Shown here: one piece after another, positions 1 to 9,964 of the stretch | Position numbering within the stretch: the first letter of the stretch is position 1 | Layout: every line of letters begins with the position of its first letter | Source: Tortispora ganteri | Lineage: Eukaryota | Assembly: GCA_003707115.1 (NCBI GenBank) | Contig: PPNB01000005.1 | Location: forward strand, 186,001 to 250,000 | Direction: 5' to 3' | DNA length: 64,000 nt | Position numbers and translations under genes: made by a program | The notes under the pieces: model-generated | What the model was told of the DNA's origin: nothing | What the model saw: only the letters and a program-made list of their open reading frames with translations | Database searches by the model: none

Positions 1-228
1 GAGAAGGATAAAGCAGGTGTTGTGGCACGTGAACGTGGGATTGTAAATAAAGTGCTTGAAGGGTTTGACAAAACTACAAAAGCAGATGCAGCATTGTCGT
101 ATGTGCATGTGCTAGATATTCTAAAACCTGGACTCGATGCCAAAGAACTTGCGATAATTAGAAATAAGATAGAACAGCATCAAGCGGCTGATTTGCTTAC
201 AATGGATGAAACTAGCGAGTGGAATTAA
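1..228 (+). CDS. 3' end of a gene entering from the left edge; product unknown
   Basis: Frame is open from base 1 (GAG AAG GAT...) to TAA at 226-228; the protein looks helical; no motif recognised. Confidence 0.55.
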   Translation, partial: EKDKAGVVARERGIVNKVLEGFDKTTKADAALSYVHVLDILKPGLDAKELAIIRNKIEQHQAADLLTMDETSEWN

Positions 229-481
229 TGCTAGATCAATTTAAAAACTGATACTTGAAATGAAACTAAAGCTGAATATTACTGAATCTTAGGTGAAGTT
301 AGAGTAGTGTCTTAAGAAATGCCTGTTGTCAATCTAACGGCAAACAACGGAATATCTGCGGCAGTGCAGTTCTGAATATAATGAAAAAAGTAAAAATTTG
401 TAGGATACTGCTCGACATCGCGCAGTATACAACGCAATGAATACGCATATGCATAATACCGGTTGTTGACTGTATGTTCGT

Positions 482-1054
482 TCACGAGCTATGGTCGTCT
501 TGGTCATCATCATCGTCATCGTTAGGCGCATTAATGGAGAATCTGACACGATCGGAGCTAGGAAGTTTGGGGATGACTGCAAATAGACATATAGCACAGT
601 TAATAACAAACTGTGTCAAGTCATAATCAGTGTAATGCGTCGATATCAGAAATAAACCTACAGGAACGCCAAGAAGAAATTTCTTAGTAGGAGTGTACTG
701 ATCGCCATCGTCTATTTGTTCCCACATATTGAGATTGTCGTAAGCACCTGAATTGAAATCAAATGGGATGCCGGTCACATGATGAAACATAATGTAAGAA
801 CCTACGACATAAGTGAGGTTGGTTAAAGTCCAGCTCATATTGCTGGAAACCCAGGGAAAGAGTCCATATATGACTTTTAGCAACGCAATTATAACTAAAT
901 GTATAAGCCATGCACCACGGCTATTTACCCAGTCAGCGTTCAGATTTGGTAGCGATTGTTGATCTGATTTCTCTTCGATTGTCTCCTCCTTGATGTGCTG
1001 AATGAGCGACGACGATCGCTTCTGTCTTGTTCTGGGCCTGTTCATAGTTGGCAT
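482..1054 (-). CDS. ORM1: ORMDL/Orm family sphingolipid synthesis regulator
   Basis: Motifs NLNADWVNSRGAW, WTLTNL, FHHVTGIPF, LNMWEQIDDGDQYTPTKKFL, PKLP; N-terminal RSSS phosphosite. Confidence 0.95.
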   Translation of the reverse strand: MPTMNRPRTRQKRSSSLIQHIKEETIEEKSDQQSLPNLNADWVNSRGAWLIHLVIIALLKVIYGLFPWVSSNMSWTLTNLTYVVGSYIMFHHVTGIPFDFNSGAYDNLNMWEQIDDGDQYTPTKKFLLGVPVGLFLISTHYTDYDLTQFVINCAICLFAVIPKLPSSDRVRFSINAPNDDDDDDQDDHSS

Positions 1055-1247
1055 GCCGGCAGAAAGTAGTCGGTATGGAGTTCGATCGATTATTTGCGCG
1101 CACTAGAATGTGCTGGAAAACAGTATCGATACGTGTATCGGTCCGACCTAGGCAGTTAAAAGGGCGAGGGGGCTTCGAAAATTAGGTAGGCAAAAGGTCA
1201 GGTGCAACTACAATTTATTCCCCAAGTGTTACACTGCACCCGGGGTT

Positions 1248-1255
1248 CCGGGTAA
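1248..1255. promoter_or_regulatory. Reb1-type site CCGGGTAA upstream of ORM1
   Basis: Exact CCGGGTAA about 200 bp upstream of the ORM1 ATG; a second TTACCCG lies at 47503-47509 in the PYK1 promoter. Confidence 0.35.
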
Positions 1256-1319
1256 CGCTGAATGTTCCGTGCCCGCGTCCGGGCAACCACGCTGTACTGG
1301 GGGAAATACATCAGCGTGG

Positions 1320-2012
1320 TTACGTTCGACGTTCGACAGTGAAAACAATTGGTATCGACGCTTCAATTTGTATAATGTTGCAGTTAAGCCAATTCGAAGT
1401 AGACACTTGCGTCCAGAAATCAGTTCGCCATTCAGTTACGTCCCACTCAAGCCCGCGCGTCGTCAATACCGTGCTCCCACCCAGAGGAATCATCCCGCAT
1501 GTTGGGCCATACAGTTCCTTAGCAACGGCTACCTGTGCGCTTTTCACGAGCGTCGTAACGGATTCTGAGCTGACTAGCCATATCCGTCGCCCCAGGTCTT
1601 TCCACGTTTTGTACATTGCATGATAAACATGAAACATTTGATCAACACGGCCACCATCGCCACCGATCAGTACAATATCCAGATCGCGCAATGACGCAAC
1701 CTCAAGTGCCTTTATCGATTTACCCAGATCTGTACTGTATTGATCTGGGTCTTTTTCGATCCGCACATCATGAGCTGCATAATATTCGCAAACATCCGTC
1801 CTTAACGAATCAAAATCGCCTACAATAAGATCTGGCAATTTACTGCTGTCGTAGTCATGCAGACGATTGGCTCCACCGTCTGCGCAGATCCGATACTGCG
1901 CTCGGTCCCACACTGCCGCTATAACGCCACCGTCTAATGGCTGGTTTAATACAATCACCGCAAATTTCAAATCGTCTCCACGCATTATATTATCAAAACT
2001 TAAAGTCTCCAT
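1320..2012 (-). CDS. THI80: Thiamine pyrophosphokinase
   Basis: IVLNQP, CADGGANRL, GDFDS, DQYSTDLGK, GGRVDQ, TRGLEWDV, QVSTSN motifs. Confidence 0.95.
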   Translation of the reverse strand: METLSFDNIMRGDDLKFAVIVLNQPLDGGVIAAVWDRAQYRICADGGANRLHDYDSSKLPDLIVGDFDSLRTDVCEYYAAHDVRIEKDPDQYSTDLGKSIKALEVASLRDLDIVLIGGDGGRVDQMFHVYHAMYKTWKDLGRRIWLVSSESVTTLVKSAQVAVAKELYGPTCGMIPLGGSTVLTTRGLEWDVTEWRTDFWTQVSTSNWLNCNIIQIEASIPIVFTVERRT

Positions 2013-2199
2013 TTACGCAATTCCTAACTAGATGGATACTATAAAGAGCACTATATTCTAGATCTGAACCACAAAAGGAGAAAAATAAAAATAAACTCTA
2101 TTTTGTCTCAAGGCAACGAAATTTTGTCATTACTAATCTGCCAGACCCACTCACTCCGAGGCTTTTCTACCCTCAATTTTTCCATCGCATATACATATT

Positions 2200-2790
2200 A
2201 TGTCGTTTATTCGCAGTACACTATTCCTAAGAAGATCGCTGTTGACTGTAAGACCGTTACGGATCGGTCCGATTACACGCAACATGCATACTTCTACAAT
2301 GACTACAACTTCGCGGTCATTGCTTCTCGGACTTTCTACAATCGCATTCACTGCCTCTATACTTACTCCAATATACTTGAATGATGATACAAATGTAAAT
2401 ACACCTATCTCATCACAGACTTCCGACTTGACTTCTACGCAAACTACACAACCAGAAGTAAATGAAGAACATGATCAGAAAGGAGCTTATGATCCAGAAA
2501 CGGGCGAAATTAACTGGGATTGCCCGTGTCTCGGTGGTATGGCTCATGGTCCTTGTGGCGAAGAATTCAAAGCTGCTTTTTCTTGTTTCGTCTATTCAGA
2601 ATCGGAGCCAAAGGGCGTCGATTGTATTGAAAAGTTCCAGGCTATGCAGTCTTGTTTCCGCAAGTACCCTGAAGTCTACGCCGAAGAACTTCGTGAACCG
2701 GAAGATGATGAAACGGTTGCCGCTCCTGTCACTACTGAGACTGTTGAAACCACGGAAACAATACCTGTTAAATCCGCTGAATCCGTTTAG
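2200..2790 (+). CDS. MIA40: Mitochondrial IMS import oxidoreductase Mia40
   Basis: Presequence and hydrophobic anchor, then [35 protein letters not shown] (CPC + twin CX9C). Confidence 0.97.
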   Translation: MSFIRSTLFLRRSLLTVRPLRIGPITRNMHTSTMTTTSRSLLLGLSTIAFTASILTPIYLNDDTNVNTPISSQTSDLTSTQTTQPEVNEEHDQKGAYDPETGEINWDCPCLGGMAHGPCGEEFKAAFSCFVYSESEPKGVDCIEKFQAMQSCFRKYPEVYAEELREPEDDETVAAPVTTETVETTETIPVKSAESV

Positions 2791-2851
2791 ACTACCTGTA
2801 AATATCAATTTATTATTATAACTATCATACCTGCGTAATGTTATCAATCAC

Positions 2852-3199
2852 CTAAAAATCCGTCACTCGACCATTAAAACTGTAGTCACCGTGTCGCAGT
2901 GGGTCTTGTTTCGGACCTCCGATCTCACCTGTCACAGGGTTGACATCTCCTTCAAATTCAGCTTTCAGTTTCAATCCAAGAAACTCGGGCTGTACATTCT
3001 GTATATTCTCTATATCATCAGTTTCCGACATTGTAAATGACCCGGCTTCCCGTTGCAAACGTTCAAACTCTTCTTGCTCAGCTTTAGGTAGACGTACAGG
3101 ACCCGGTCCCGCACCAAACATGGGCTTATCTCCTCTAAGCGTACGGCTACTGCTCAAAAATCGCCGCGTAATACGCAACTGTAAGTACTTTGCCTGCAT
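2852..3199 (-). CDS. SDH8: Succinate dehydrogenase assembly factor 4 (SDHAF4)
   Basis: C-terminal FEGDVNPVTGEIGGPKQDPLRHGDYSFNGRVTDF; start placed at ATG 3199 (MQAKYLQLRITRRFLSSSR, presequence-like) rather than 3301. Confidence 0.92.
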   Translation of the reverse strand: MQAKYLQLRITRRFLSSSRTLRGDKPMFGAGPGPVRLPKAEQEEFERLQREAGSFTMSETDDIENIQNVQPEFLGLKLKAEFEGDVNPVTGEIGGPKQDPLRHGDYSFNGRVTDF

Positions 3200-3609
3200 G
3201 TCTTTGTCTGACTCTTCCCAGGCTCTCCCAATCGGTACTAGTTCCTTCTCGTAACAACGACAACTAATAAAGTTACCCCCTCTACCGCTGCTTGCGCCCA
3301 TTCCTTCTTCGGATTTCTTCTATCCGATCTTCTTGCCATGCTATTAGAGACTCTGAAATTAGAAAAACTCCTTTAGTTTCTCATATTTTGTATTCTGATA
3401 ACTTTACATGCAAACTAAAACCATGTATTCTGTCACCAGGCCATCATGTTCCTGGTATCATCCCTGGTCAACAACATCATGCTTATGCTAGATAGACATC
3501 TTTACTATAATGGAAACGATGGCCACTCAAACTCATCGGCACAAATAGAGCTTATACAGGAGCTTATTTAGTAACTAGCCCCTCGCGGAAACTCGCGGCT
3601 CTTGAATAT

Positions 3610-3725
3610 TCATAAGATAAGGTTCCAAATACAACAAGCTCCACAAACCATAGCCTAGTTTCTGAGTAACCTTATCAATCCTGTATGTCAACGGCGATAA
3701 GACATGCGAACCAATATAAATACCT
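3610..3725 (+). promoter_or_regulatory. GATA sites and TATA box upstream of amidase 1
   Basis: GATAAG near 3616 and 3696, CTTATC near 3670, TATAAATA near 3715; similar GATAA/TTATC clusters precede amidases 2 and 3. Confidence 0.5.
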
Positions 3726-3772
3726 CTTAACTTCTCTTAGAATGTACAAGCTTCTAAGTTTAGCACTGCAAA

Positions 3773-5401
3773 ATGGTTGGAGTCACAGGAGAAGATCTCG
3801 AAAAATATGAAAAGGAATGGATGCCAAAAGTGCTCAAAACCCGTCAAGAAGTTCTCGATTCAATGGCAAAAGAGTATATGCTGCCAGAAGATAAACTGCC
3901 CTCTTCAGACCGCTTGAACGTACTCAAACTACCATATGAGGCTGGAACTATGTCAGATAAGGAGCTGACTATTACTGAAACTCCCGCCTACCTACTTGTC
4001 GACAAAATGGCCAAGGGAGAGCTCACAGCTAAAGAAACTCTCATAGCCTACCTCAAACGCGCAACCATTGCTCACCAGATCCTCAATTGCTCTACTGGAT
4101 TCCTTATCGAGTCGGCAATGGCACGCGCAGAAGAACTAGACGAGTATTATGCCAAAACTGGCAAAGTTGTCGGACCTTTGCACGGTTTGCCCATGTCTGT
4201 AAAGGAACATCTTTACATTAAGGGCGAGAAATGCAACGCTGGATTTGTAGCATGGATAGATCGCGTCGCACCGTTTGATAATCTGCAAGTTTCGATTATG
4301 AAAAAAGCTGGAGCCGTTTTCTTCGTCCGCACTAACGAGCCGCAATCTCTAATGCATCCTGACACCGATAACAACATCTGGGGTATGTGCAAGAACGGCA
4401 ACAATCTGAACCTCAGTTCTGGCGGATCATCTGGCGGTGAAGGTGCCCTCATAGGATTCCGTGGATCACCTCTTGGTATTGGTACAGACATCGGTGGCTC
4501 AATTCGCTTTCCTGCAGCATTCAATGGCTGTTATGGATTCCGCCCTACTGCACTTCGAAGCAGTTTGCTGGGCTGCAATGCCGCAGGAGTTGGTCAAATC
4601 ACAGTTCTCCCTGCTGAAGGACCTCTTGCTCAGTCCGCCGAGGACCTTGAACTTTACATGAAAGTGTACTCGGCTGGTGAACCCTGGAAATATGACTCTT
4701 CCCTAGCGGCTATGCCTTGGCGAGAGGCCAAATTACCCTCGAAGCTCAAGTTTGGCATCATGTGGGAAGACGGCGTAGTCGCACCTACTCCGCCTGTTGT
4801 ACGCGGCTTGAAGGCCGTCGCCGAGAAACTTAAGGCTGCTGGTCATGAAGTAGTAGACTTTGAAGCGATTATGACCGCCGAACTGTGGGAAACAGCGTCT
4901 AAGAGTTATTTTGCGGATAATGGAAAGGCTGACATTGATATTCTTGCCGAATCTGGAGAGCCTTGGCTTGAATTGACAAAATATGCGCTAGGATACGCAG
5001 AACCATTATCAAGCGAAGAACAGTGGAAACTGAATGGTTATAGAGATATGGCTAGACAGTTGTGGCTCGAAAAGATGAATAACGAAGGAATAGATTTCAT
5101 TATCTGTCCTCCCTATTTGTCCGTAGCGCCCCCGCAAAAGAAGATATTCTATTGGTCATACACCGCAATGTTTAATGTCCTTGACATGCCCAGCTCGATC
5201 TTCCCCACTGGCCTTTTTGTGGATCCTAAGATTGATACTTGGGATGCTTCATACAAGCCCAGATCAGAGCAAGAAAAAGTGGAACACAGTTACTACAGTC
5301 CTGAAGTGACTGTTGAAGCACCTATTACCCTCCAATTAGTAGGCCGTCGTTTCATGGATGAAGATGTCATTGCCGCGACAAAAATTGTCAGCTCATTGTA
5401 A
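3773..5401 (+). CDS. Amidase signature family protein (acetamidase/FAAH-like), copy 1
   Basis: GPLHGLPMSVKE (catalytic Lys), GGSSGGEG, GTDIGGSIRFPA (Ser-cisSer-Lys triad intact). Confidence 0.95.
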   Translation: MVGVTGEDLEKYEKEWMPKVLKTRQEVLDSMAKEYMLPEDKLPSSDRLNVLKLPYEAGTMSDKELTITETPAYLLVDKMAKGELTAKETLIAYLKRATIAHQILNCSTGFLIESAMARAEELDEYYAKTGKVVGPLHGLPMSVKEHLYIKGEKCNAGFVAWIDRVAPFDNLQVSIMKKAGAVFFVRTNEPQSLMHPDTDNNIWGMCKNGNNLNLSSGGSSGGEGALIGFRGSPLGIGTDIGGSIRFPAAFNGCYGFRPTALRSSLLGCNAAGVGQITVLPAEGPLAQSAEDLELYMKVYSAGEPWKYDSSLAAMPWREAKLPSKLKFGIMWEDGVVAPTPPVVRGLKAVAEKLKAAGHEVVDFEAIMTAELWETASKSYFADNGKADIDILAESGEPWLELTKYALGYAEPLSSEEQWKLNGYRDMARQLWLEKMNNEGIDFIICPPYLSVAPPQKKIFYWSYTAMFNVLDMPSSIFPTGLFVDPKIDTWDASYKPRSEQEKVEHSYYSPEVTVEAPITLQLVGRRFMDEDVIAATKIVSSL

Positions 5402-5962
5402 TTGTGTGTCCAGTTTTAAATAGCATATAACATGCTAATAATTTGTCTAGTAGCATTGCCCAACCTTTGTAGTGTTGTTCTACCGAAGCAGCGTTTAAGA
5501 CTTTTATTCAGCAAATATCAACAGAAGCAGATACTCTGAACCTACTTTGTAGACTCCTAAACGACAGTCGATCAGATATGCAGTAAAGTGTCCTAATGTT
5601 ATCTTCTAATCTGTTGCATAGGAGGTTCCATCAAATCAGACTCAAGAGATCCGCGACAAGCGCTAGACATTGCTGTCCAAATAACCGTAATATTCTTTAA
5701 GCCGCATAAGAGTTTCCTACATTATCAAATAGATAAGAAAAACTCACGCGTGGCAAAGTACTATCGTTAATATCACCGCGATACAGAGATAAAGTTTCGA
5801 AAACATAGAATGGACCAATCGTGACCATTCACGACAAGTGTCGCCGGAAAGTGGGGCTAACAACCTGGCACAAGATTATCAACCGAGAGAAACTCAGAAT
5901 TATGAGTTCCATATTTAACCACACAAATACCTCTCAAGTTAGCATTTCCTTATCTTTTTACA

Positions 5963-7582
5963 ATGGAGGATCCAGTGAAATTTGAAAGAGACTGGCTGCC
6001 CTTGGTGGAGAAGGCTCGCAAGGTGCAGGCCGATTCTATGGTAAAAGAGTACATGATCCCCGAAGACAAGCTGCCTTCGCCAGATAGGCTCAATGTCATG
6101 AATGTACCATATGAAGCAGGCACCATGTCCGATAAAGAGCTGCAGATTACCGAGACCCCTGCATACAAGTTGGTAGCACAGATGGGTAAAGGGGAATTGA
6201 CGGCTAAGGAAGTGCTGATTGCCTTTGTAAAACGGGCAACGATCGCCCAGCAACTACTCAATTGTGCGACGGAGTTTATGTTCGACGATGCTTTAGCTCG
6301 GGCAGAAGAACTTGATAAGTACTATTCCGAAACTGGTAAGACCGTAGGAGCAATGCACGGTCTCCCTATCTCTGTGAAGGAGCATCTTGATATTGCGGGT
6401 AAAGTGTCTGCAGCCGGATATGTATCGTTCCTTGCACATGAGCCTGCTAAAGAAGACTATTTACAATTGTCTATTCTAAAAAAAGCAGGAGCTGTGCCGT
6501 TTGTACGAACCAATGAGCCACAATCGTTACTGCACATTGATTCCGACAATAACATTTGGGGTATGGTGAAAAATGGTAACAATTTGCGTTTAAGTGCCGG
6601 AGGATCGTCTGGTGGTGAAGGTGCCCTGGTAGGATTCCATGGTTCGCCTGTTGGTTTAGGCTCTGATATTGGTGGTTCTATCCGCGTGCCCGCTGCGTTC
6701 AATGGCGCTTATGGGTTTCGACCAACTGCTGCCAGAGTTTCTGGTAAGGGATGCGCAGTCGCCGGAGCAGGCCAGATAACCATCATGTGTTCGTATGGAC
6801 CTTTGACGCAAAGTATTGAAGATATAGACTTGTACATGGAAGTTATGACCGCAGGCAAGCCTTGGATAAATGACGTTACGCTGCCGATTATGCCCTGGAC
6901 AAAGCCGGAGGTACCTAGTAAAATGAAGATCGCAGTAATCTGGGACGACGGTCTGGTAGCACCTACCCCGCCTATACAAAGAGGTCTCAAGATGGTTGTC
7001 GAAAAACTTAAATCTGCGGGCAATGAGATCGTTGATATGAAGCCAATAATGGTTGACAAGCTCGCGGAAGCTTTCGGCGCTTCACTTATGGCAGACGGTG
7101 GAAAGTGCGTATTAGAAGCACTTGCGGAGTCTGGCGAGAAGATGCATGAGCTGACTAAGTTTGCTCTGAGCCTCGGAAAAGCGATATCAGCCGAAGAGCA
7201 GTGGAATATGAACCATATTCGAGATGAGGTAAGACAGGCATGGCATGATAAACTGAATGCTGATGGAATTGACTTCATTCTTTGTCCCATATTTATGTCT
7301 GTTTCACCTCCACAGAAACAAGCTGATTACGTTATGTATTCAGCCCTATTCAATGCATTAGACATGCCTAGCACCGTGTTTCCCACAGGACTTTTTGTCG
7401 ATCCTGCCGTCGACGCTTGGGACGAATCTCACGAAGCACGCAACGAGATTGAGAAGGTTCAACACGCTAAATACGACGCTGAGTATTCTGTAGGTGCGCC
7501 AATTGTTCTTCAACTTGTGGGTCGACACTTTTGCGATGAAGATGTCATCGCTGGTACCAAAGCTGTCGTCTCTTTGCTTTAA
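5963..7582 (+). CDS. Amidase signature family protein, copy 2
   Basis: HGLPISVKE, GGSSGGEG, GSDIGGSIRVPA; full-length paralog of the neighbours. Confidence 0.95.
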   Translation: MEDPVKFERDWLPLVEKARKVQADSMVKEYMIPEDKLPSPDRLNVMNVPYEAGTMSDKELQITETPAYKLVAQMGKGELTAKEVLIAFVKRATIAQQLLNCATEFMFDDALARAEELDKYYSETGKTVGAMHGLPISVKEHLDIAGKVSAAGYVSFLAHEPAKEDYLQLSILKKAGAVPFVRTNEPQSLLHIDSDNNIWGMVKNGNNLRLSAGGSSGGEGALVGFHGSPVGLGSDIGGSIRVPAAFNGAYGFRPTAARVSGKGCAVAGAGQITIMCSYGPLTQSIEDIDLYMEVMTAGKPWINDVTLPIMPWTKPEVPSKMKIAVIWDDGLVAPTPPIQRGLKMVVEKLKSAGNEIVDMKPIMVDKLAEAFGASLMADGGKCVLEALAESGEKMHELTKFALSLGKAISAEEQWNMNHIRDEVRQAWHDKLNADGIDFILCPIFMSVSPPQKQADYVMYSALFNALDMPSTVFPTGLFVDPAVDAWDESHEARNEIEKVQHAKYDAEYSVGAPIVLQLVGRHFCDEDVIAGTKAVVSLL

Positions 7583-8183
7583 ACGAGATTTAGTTATGTG
7601 AGCAATAAGTAAATACATTGTCACGTGTATTGTCAAGACCATATCTTTAAAAGAAATCTCCGCGTAAGCTATCAATAACCTTAATCTATCTATAAGGTTG
7701 AAATTGTAAACGAAGCAGGTTTACTCTTATCTGTAGACTAAACAGGAACAGAGATGTGAGTCCATCTCCAGAAGATAACGATCCGATGTGATTGAGTTAG
7801 TAGAAATAAACTTTCATCCAATTATGGACCACACCGATAACTGTATTTATTTGTGATAAATGGTATAATTCAAGCGTGTTAATTGCAGCAAATATTGTAA
7901 AACAAAAAAATCCATGATAAATCAGTATCAGGAGAATGGTTTGAATAAGTATGACAAAAGTTTTGCAGTAACACAATGGCAGTTCCAACAACAAACCAGC
8001 ATTCGGCAGGTGAATGATAACTTAAAGTTCACGTACTCGAGCGGTTTTTTGACGCTGATAGACATACCGATGTGGTTGCGCTTAACGCGTTTGACCTTCA
8101 GTTAATCATAAATTCCATTATAAATAGACATTGATTTTGTGATAAAGGGGTCAATTGCTTTCCATTGACCTGTTATCAACACA

Positions 8184-9818
8184 ATGGTAGAAGTAACGGG
8201 CGAGGATCCAGTGAAATACGCGAAAGAATGGCTGCCATTAGTTGAGAAGGCACGAAAATTGCAGGCTGATTCGATGGTAAAAGAATACATGATCCCTGAA
8301 GACAAGCTCCCTGGTCCCGAAAGACTCAATGTAATGAATGTTCCATATGAGGCCGGTACTATGACTGAAAAAGAATTGAAGATTACCGAAACACCTGGGT
8401 ACGCATTGGTCGCACAAATGGGTAAAGGCGAGTTAACGGCTAAAGAGGTACTGATTGCGTTTGTTAAAAGAGCAACAATCGCACAGCAATTGCTGAATTG
8501 TGCCACTGAGTTTATGTTCGAAGAAGCCTTGGCCCGTGCCGAAGAATTAGATTTGTCATTTGCAGAAACTGGTAAGATCGTCGGCCCGCTTCATGGACTA
8601 CCCCTATCTGTGAAAGAGCATCTGCATATTGCTGGGAAAGTATGTTGTGCAGCTTTTGTAGCTTGGTTGGATGTGGTTCCCGATTCTGACAACGTCCAGT
8701 TGACGTTACTGAAAGAGGCGGGTGCTATTCCATTTGTGCGTACAAACGAGCCTCAATCACTGATGCATGCCGACACAGACAATAATATTTGGGGTATGTG
8801 CAAAAACGGCAACAATTTAAACCTTAGCGCTGGTGGATCATCTGGCGGCGAAGGAGCTCTTATTGGATTTCGTGGTTCGCCTTTGGGTATTGGTACTGAT
8901 ATTGGTGGTTCGATCCGTTATCCCGCAGCGTTTAACGGATGTTACGGGTTCAGACCTACAGCGGCGCGTGTGACAATGAAGGGCGCTGAGCTGGCTGGTG
9001 CTGGACAGATTACTATCAGATGTTCAGAAGGCCCACTTGCACAGAGTGTTGAGGATCTGGCATTGTATATGGAGGCTATGACTGCAGGCGAGCCATGGAA
9101 GTACGACGCCGATCTGCCTGTGATGCCATGGAAAAGCGCGGCGATTCCTGAGAAGCTGAAGATCGGAGTGCTATGGGACGATGGATTTGTAGCACCAGTC
9201 GCACCAGTTGTGCGAGCGTTGAAGTATGCAATTGAAAAACTGAAGTCAGCTGGTCATGAGATTGTTGATTTTAACGATCCACCTATGCTACCAGAGGTAG
9301 CTGATACAGTCAACTTTAGTTTCTTTGCGGACAACGGCCAGGCGCAGATCGAGGCACTAGCCGCGTCCGGTGAGCCATGGCTTGAATTGACGAAGTTCGC
9401 ACTCGGACTAGCCAAGCCATTAACCGCAGCTGAGCAATGGGAACTGAACGATAAGCGCGACAGGGCGCGGTCAGCCTGGCTAGACAAGATGAATAATGAA
9501 GGAATTGATTTTATTCTCAGTCCAGCATATTTTTCGTGCTCGCCACCACAAGGAACAAACATCTACTGGTTTTATACGTCAATGTTCAATTGTCTTGATA
9601 TGCCGAGCACTGTGTTCCCCTCAGGACTGCGTGTTGATCCTAAGGTCGACGTTATGGAAGGGTTTAAGCCACGTACAGAGCTTGAAGCGGAAAACTGGAC
9701 ACGGTATGATCCTGAAACATGTGTAGACGCGCCAATACCACTCCAGCTGACTGGCCGTCGTTTCTTCGACGAAGATGTAGTCGAAGCAACAAAAATTGTT
9801 TGTGCTAGCTTGAAATAG
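8184..9818 (+). CDS. Amidase signature family protein, copy 3
   Basis: GPLHGLPLSVKE, GGSSGGEG, GTDIGGSIRYPA. Confidence 0.95.
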   Translation: MVEVTGEDPVKYAKEWLPLVEKARKLQADSMVKEYMIPEDKLPGPERLNVMNVPYEAGTMTEKELKITETPGYALVAQMGKGELTAKEVLIAFVKRATIAQQLLNCATEFMFEEALARAEELDLSFAETGKIVGPLHGLPLSVKEHLHIAGKVCCAAFVAWLDVVPDSDNVQLTLLKEAGAIPFVRTNEPQSLMHADTDNNIWGMCKNGNNLNLSAGGSSGGEGALIGFRGSPLGIGTDIGGSIRYPAAFNGCYGFRPTAARVTMKGAELAGAGQITIRCSEGPLAQSVEDLALYMEAMTAGEPWKYDADLPVMPWKSAAIPEKLKIGVLWDDGFVAPVAPVVRALKYAIEKLKSAGHEIVDFNDPPMLPEVADTVNFSFFADNGQAQIEALAASGEPWLELTKFALGLAKPLTAAEQWELNDKRDRARSAWLDKMNNEGIDFILSPAYFSCSPPQGTNIYWFYTSMFNCLDMPSTVFPSGLRVDPKVDVMEGFKPRTELEAENWTRYDPETCVDAPIPLQLTGRRFFDEDVVEATKIVCASLK

Positions 9819-9964
9819 CCTGCATTTAGTTGTTGTTTTTGATAGGTATAAGAAATTGACTTGTGTTTTGACCTGTAACTTTAAAGTTTGCATCACGTGA
9901 TTCATTGATATCTTACATATATATATGTGATTCACCAGCCCGACCCACCGATCTACGAACCATC

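Noticed and set aside
5390..7582. Amidase C-termini SSL and SLL as PTS1 signals
   Set aside because: Non-canonical, no basic upstream context, and not shared by copy 3
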